From: an uncultured virus (IMG/VR IMGVR_UViG_3300031787_000017)
Lineage: Duplodnaviria; Heunggongvirae; Uroviricota; Caudoviricetes
Length of the DNA: 20,000 nt
Direction: 5' to 3' (one strand)
IMG/VR virus record: IMGVR_UViG_3300031787_000017
The notes under the pieces were generated by a model, which saw only the letters and a program-made list of their open reading frames with translations, was not told where the DNA came from and did no database searches. The position numbers and the translations under genes are program-made. Positions 16,132 through 20,000 of this stretch are shown here, piece by piece (positions within the stretch are counted from its first letter, which is position 1; the number at the start of each line of letters is the position of its first letter).

Positions 16132-17289
16132 ATGAATACCTCATTGATAGAAAATAATTACATCTATATTCCCAACTTCATTAGTGAATCAAGAGCTAAA
16201 GTAACTGCTTCCAATTTCAAACATCATTGTTTGGAAAATAAAAATGTTGGAGACAGTCAAGCTCCCAATTCATTAACAGATTATAATTTCATAGATTTTT
16301 TAGAATTACTATGTGAACGAACACCAATTGTCAGTGAAATCTTAGGAGAAACTGTTTTACCTACGTATTCATATGCTAGGGTATATAAAGATGGTAGTGT
16401 TCTCGAACGCCATAGAGATAGGGATGCATGTGAAATAAGTTTAACAATACATCTAGATGGCGATAAAGAATGGCCAATTTATATTCAAACTCCAAAAGGA
16501 GAAGAAGTAGAATTGAATTTACGTCCTGGAGATGCCATGATGTATTTAGGATGTGATGCTGATCATTGGAGAAAACAATTTACTGGAACGGAATATATTC
16601 AAGTCTTTTTACATTATGTTAGAAGTCGAGGTGATAAATCATATGCTTACTTTGATAAAATAAAAACCAAAGAAAAACCAAAACAAATAATTGATGATGA
16701 ACAACCAGAACCTATAAAAAATGTTTATAAAAAAAATTTAAATGATTATATTATCGTATTAGAAAACATACTTTCTGATGAAACTTGTGATGATATTTTA
16801 AATGAATATGCAAACGACAGTATATGGGCATCATCAACTGTAGGAATTGGCGAAATAGATTTGAAAGTAAGAAATGTCAATGAAATTGGAATTTCTGTAC
16901 CCGAAATAATTGCAAAAAATAGTAAAATTAGGCAACAATTGGATGATAGGATTTTTCAAGGTGCTCATTTAGCTATTAAAAAATATAATGAATTATTTCC
17001 AAATTGTCATATCGAACAAGATTCTGGGTATCAGTTATTGAGATATGATGTCGGACAGTTTTATCGTCAACATACTGATTCTTATAAATTACACCCGAGA
17101 TCAGTATCATGTTCTTTTATGTTAAATGATGATTATGAGGGTGGTGAATTTGCGTTTTTTGATAGAGAACTAAAATACAAGTTGAAAAGAGGATCAGCAT
17201 TATTATTTCCCTCTAGTTTCATGTATCCCCATGAAATTATTCCAGTAACAAAAGGAACACGATATTCTATTATTACATGGTTTATTTAA
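16132..17289 (+). CDS. Fused tandem 2OG-Fe(II) dioxygenase (two domains; C-terminal one prolyl-4-hydroxylase/PKHD-like)
   Basis: Domain 1: YARVY..HRD..CEIS..HWR..QVFLHY. Domain 2: LLRY..HTD..LNDDYEGGEF..FPS..HEI.PV.KG.RY. Both have HxD...H triads. Confidence 0.9.
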   Translation: MNTSLIENNYIYIPNFISESRAKVTASNFKHHCLENKNVGDSQAPNSLTDYNFIDFLELLCERTPIVSEILGETVLPTYSYARVYKDGSVLERHRDRDACEISLTIHLDGDKEWPIYIQTPKGEEVELNLRPGDAMMYLGCDADHWRKQFTGTEYIQVFLHYVRSRGDKSYAYFDKIKTKEKPKQIIDDEQPEPIKNVYKKNLNDYIIVLENILSDETCDDILNEYANDSIWASSTVGIGEIDLKVRNVNEIGISVPEIIAKNSKIRQQLDDRIFQGAHLAIKKYNELFPNCHIEQDSGYQLLRYDVGQFYRQHTDSYKLHPRSVSCSFMLNDDYEGGEFAFFDRELKYKLKRGSALLFPSSFMYPHEIIPVTKGTRYSIITWFI

Positions 17290-17311
17290 ATTTTAAACAG
17301 GAGAGTATATT

Positions 17312-17614
17312 ATGCAATTAAAACCGGGAAGTTTTTGTCCTATATTGAAAGAAGAATGTGTACAATTTAAATGTGCATGGTTCACTAAAGTTGAAGGTTA
17401 TAATATCAATACAGGTAAACAAGTTGAAGAATGGAACTGTGCTATGACTTTTATTCCTATGTTGTTGATTGAAAATTCAGGAATGTCTCGTCAAACTGGT
17501 GCAGCTGTTGAAAGTTTTAGAAATGAGATGGTGAAATCTAATGAAGAAACTCAAAAGATATTTTCCAACATGTTATCAATGAATCCTGATAACAATACAA
17601 AATTACTTAAGTAA
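17312..17614 (+). CDS. Conserved Cys-rich phage protein (CP..C...CAW...C; RQTGAAVESFRNEMV)
   Basis: AGGAG SD; four Cys followed by a helical C-terminus; last gene of the plus-strand block. Confidence 0.8.
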   Translation: MQLKPGSFCPILKEECVQFKCAWFTKVEGYNINTGKQVEEWNCAMTFIPMLLIENSGMSRQTGAAVESFRNEMVKSNEETQKIFSNMLSMNPDNNTKLLK

Positions 17615-18007
17615 GTGTTTTTTTGTGATTTTGCAAGAAACCCATTGATTATAGTAGGATTCATTCAATAGTGCGTGTCGAGAGAATATCTCCCACGTTT
17701 CCCAATAAGAACATTCAGATTTAGTTTTACAAAGGTGAAGTATCTCTCTTACATATTGATCTTCACCATTTATCTTAACATCTTCTTGTAATAATAAATT
17801 GGAACCCCAGTATGTCATCCAATCGGATGATACTCGGGTTCTTTTCTTTTTACCTTTGACTTGTTTTATTTTAGATTTGGTGAAAAACTTTTTACCAATA
17901 TATTTACGACCAGTTTGAGTATGTGTAATACAATATACAAACCCAAAATGGCCGTCTATATTATCTTCAGTAAATTCTTCGCCAGTATTATGAAAGTACC
18001 AGGTCAT
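17603..18007 (-). CDS. GIY-YIG family endonuclease (stand-alone, Seg/DenA-like)
   Basis: GFVYCIT...RKYIGKK...YWGS...REIL...E...YYN catalytic pattern. Confidence 0.85.
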   Translation of the reverse strand: MTWYFHNTGEEFTEDNIDGHFGFVYCITHTQTGRKYIGKKFFTKSKIKQVKGKKKRTRVSSDWMTYWGSNLLLQEDVKINGEDQYVREILHLCKTKSECSYWETWEIFSRHALLNESYYNQWVSCKITKKHLLK

Positions 18008-18153
18008 TCGTCATCATCACCAAAGTCCTCAGTTTCAATTAAGTATTCTCCACAAAAAGGACAATAATGAGGATCATCTTCACATTTGTTTTCGTCATAG
18101 CGTATCGTAAACTCTGAAGAACATTCACCACAGGTATGTTTCAACGACGCCAT
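18004..18153 (-). CDS. 49-aa zinc-ribbon protein with acidic tail (MASLKHTCGECSSEFTIRYDENKCEDDPHYCPFCGEYLIETEDFGDDDE)
   Basis: Hand-translated; CxxC...CPFCG; TAATG and ATGA overlaps with both neighbours. Confidence 0.85.
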   Translation of the reverse strand: MASLKHTCGECSSEFTIRYDENKCEDDPHYCPFCGEYLIETEDFGDDDE

Positions 18154-18602
18154 TATTGACACCATGATTGTTTAGCTTCGCCAAAATATTCTCGAGCAAA
18201 ACCGTTTTGAATTAACATAGAACGTAGACTCTGGCCATCTAAAATGATGTCACCCAAGACACGACCACCAAATTTATCCCAGCCGTATAAGATAACCTGA
18301 CGTTTAACTGCCTTTGATACAGCGCTTGTTGTAAACTTTGTTGCCATTTTTCCTCGCTCGTCCTCTTGTGGGCATTGAGCACGAAAACCTTTTTCTGGCG
18401 TATCTACACCATAGATACGAACTGCTAACTCTGGTTTAAGTGGTGCAGGTAAAAATGGTGCTGCGATAACTACAGTATCACCATCATTTACACGTACAAT
18501 CTGTGCATCATACGTTACGCCTTTTGCTGCTTTGTCAGCATAAACATTTCCTATACAAGCGAAAGACAATAGACCCGTTAAAAGTATTTTTGTTATTTTC
18601 AT
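18153..18602 (-). CDS. Thermonuclease (staphylococcal nuclease-like) with N-terminal signal peptide
   Basis: VNDGDT, VRIYGVDTPE and DKFGGRVLG active-site motifs; MKITK + hydrophobic core + VYA cleavage-like site. Confidence 0.92.
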   Translation of the reverse strand: MKITKILLTGLLSFACIGNVYADKAAKGVTYDAQIVRVNDGDTVVIAAPFLPAPLKPELAVRIYGVDTPEKGFRAQCPQEDERGKMATKFTTSAVSKAVKRQVILYGWDKFGGRVLGDIILDGQSLRSMLIQNGFAREYFGEAKQSWCQ

Positions 18603-18611
18603 TACTTCTCC

Positions 18612-18932
18612 TTAAATATTGAAACTCTCACCACAACCACATCGATTTTTTTCTAAAGAATTTATAAAATCAAAACCTTCATTGAGTCCATTTCTTTTCC
18701 AATCTATTTCCATTCCATTCAGATAAGGAATATGTTTTGGGTCAACAAAAATTTTAACACCATTAGATTCGTATATAGTATCTGTATCCGATACACTATC
18801 AACATATTCTAGTGTGTAAGCTAAACCACTACAACCTGTGGTTCTAACACCAACCTTAATACCTAATCCTTTTCCTCTTTTGTTCAAAGAGTTTAAAGTT
18901 TTACGTGATGCGAGTTCAGTCATTGTGATCAT
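18612..18932 (-). CDS. iscA: A-type Fe-S cluster carrier IscA (HesB family)
   Basis: GVRTTGCSGLAY, GLNEGF and CGCGESF signature motifs. Confidence 0.95.
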   Translation of the reverse strand: MITMTELASRKTLNSLNKRGKGLGIKVGVRTTGCSGLAYTLEYVDSVSDTDTIYESNGVKIFVDPKHIPYLNGMEIDWKRNGLNEGFDFINSLEKNRCGCGESFNI

Positions 18933-18951
18933 AGAAGTCTCCTTTGATGTT

Positions 18952-18959
18952 TATTTAGA
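18952..18959 (-). promoter_or_regulatory. Putative T4-type late promoter variant TCTAAATA upstream of iscA
   Basis: Directly after the porin terminator and ahead of the AAGGAG SD of iscA. Confidence 0.55.
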
Positions 18960-18961
18960 CG

Positions 18962-18987
18962 AAAAAAAAGCCCCTTACGGGGCTTTT
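18962..18987 (-). terminator. Rho-independent terminator of the porin gene
   Basis: Minus strand reads AAAAGCCCC-GTAA-GGGGCTTTTTTTT (GNRA loop, U8 tail), 16 nt after the porin stop. Confidence 0.92.
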
Positions 18988-19003
18988 AATAAAACAAATG
19001 TAA

Positions 19004-20000
19004 TTAGAAGTTCAGTTGGCTTCTGAACATAATGGCCTTGTCGCCGTTTACACGACTACCTGAACTACCCACAAGTGCATCAAATTTGGTGTCAACATAG
19101 TTAACCATAAAACGTAGGTTGTCTGTAGCGAACCAAGTTAGACCATAAGTCATTGCAGTAGCACGATTTGATTTACCTGTGGCTACTGTAATGTTACTAG
19201 CATCAAACTCACTCATACGTACATTGACTTGCACAGCACCTTTGCCGCCTTTGTCTAGTGGATTAGCAGGCTTGATTGCACCAAACACACCATCTTTGTA
19301 GTTATATGATTCACCAGTCAGATTATATGCTGCAAGAACATAATAGCCTTTAATTTCCTGATTGTTTCCTGTTGTAGGATCATATATGAAATTAAATTGT
19401 TCTGCTTGTACTTTCAAAGCATTATATGCAAATGCTGCTTCAAGACCTTGACGAGTTCTTTCGGTTACACCACTCAGTGCCGAACCGGTGAACCAAGCAT
19501 TTTGTGAACGTGCCTCTGTTCTACCACTTGCTGGTGCAACACCACCTTTAATCTCACCTATACTATATGCAGCACCTAAGTGTAGTGTGTATGCTTTGCT
19601 ACCTTGCAATTCAGCAATGTTTGTAGTAACACGACCGATGTAATCAAATCCATCTGATACGGCGTCTTTGTTAGCACGACCACGACTTGCTGCAATGGCG
19701 TATGTCAAACCGGGTTTTGGTACACCATGAATCATAAAACCAGTTTCTTTACCTGGAATAAATTCACCTTCAACTTGACCAACTAAACTACGATCCATCA
19801 TATCAAGATTGTTGGAACTTTGCAGTTGCTCAAGACTGAATGGCATCTTAAACAAACCAAATTGATATTGTAGTTCTGGATTGGCTGCGTAGTTTACCCA
19901 TGCAACATCCATTGTGGTTGTTGAAGAAGCGGCACCAACATCATTACCAAAATTACCGGAAAATTCATACTTGAAGTCTTTTGCAAATTGTCCACGAATA
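19004..20000 (-). CDS. Phosphate-selective porin OprO/OprP family (5' end outside window)
   Basis: Frame stays open upstream of 19912 (IRGQFAKDFKYEFSGNFG); DVAWVNY, GLFKMPFSLEQLQSSNNLDMMDRS and YNLTGE motifs; terminal Phe beta-signal (RSQLNF). Confidence 0.9.
   Translation of the reverse strand, partial: IRGQFAKDFKYEFSGNFGNDVGAASSTTTMDVAWVNYAANPELQYQFGLFKMPFSLEQLQSSNNLDMMDRSLVGQVEGEFIPGKETGFMIHGVPKPGLTYAIAASRGRANKDAVSDGFDYIGRVTTNIAELQGSKAYTLHLGAAYSIGEIKGGVAPASGRTEARSQNAWFTGSALSGVTERTRQGLEAAFAYNALKVQAEQFNFIYDPTTGNNQEIKGYYVLAAYNLTGESYNYKDGVFGAIKPANPLDKGGKGAVQVNVRMSEFDASNITVATGKSNRATAMTYGLTWFATDNLRFMVNYVDTKFDALVGSSGSRVNGDKAIMFRSQLNF

Larger units (their letters stand above)
1..20000. mobile_element. 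Segment of a large T4-like (myovirus-type) bacteriophage genome
   Basis: Dense, overlapping small ORFs; tail fibre, LamG and collar-like genes; TATAAATA/CTAAATA late-promoter motifs; typical phage auxiliary genes (2OG-Fe(II) oxygenase, iscA, porin, GIY-YIG); no cellular housekeeping operons. Confidence 0.9.

Noticed and set aside
17603..18007. GIY-YIG gene as an intron-encoded or mobile homing endonuclease
   Set aside because: Only the catalytic domain is present, no gene is interrupted, and it is translationally coupled within an operon.
19004..19912. Met at 19912 as the porin start
   Set aside because: The frame is open to the window edge and no signal peptide follows this Met; the true start is outside the window.

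Overview
AT-rich segment of a large lytic, T4-like (myovirus-type) phage genome, most likely freshwater and possibly infecting a Betaproteobacterium (host is inference). It has three blocks. (1) 1-5294, minus strand: dense small accessory ORFs, including a SAM methyltransferase, a HEXXH zincin and several ORFs missed by the track, with two near-perfect sigma70 promoters, one apparently leaderless. The block is headed by a 27-bp palindrome resembling a PhaR operator, upstream of a DUF3563-like ORF and a phasin-like ORF. (2) 5397-17614, plus strand: a late tail/adhesin module with T4-type late promoter motifs, small adaptor proteins, a TIG/Ig + 3x LamG protein, a 1657-aa heptad-repeat fibre, three tandem HxH collar-like paralogues, a putative chaperone, a fused double 2OG-Fe(II) dioxygenase and a Cys-rich protein. 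(3) 17603-20000, minus strand: GIY-YIG nuclease, Zn-ribbon protein, secreted thermonuclease, iscA, an intrinsic terminator and a 5'-truncated OprO/OprP phosphate porin. No tRNA, rRNA, CRISPR array or IS element was seen. All family assignments come from motif recognition, not database searches.
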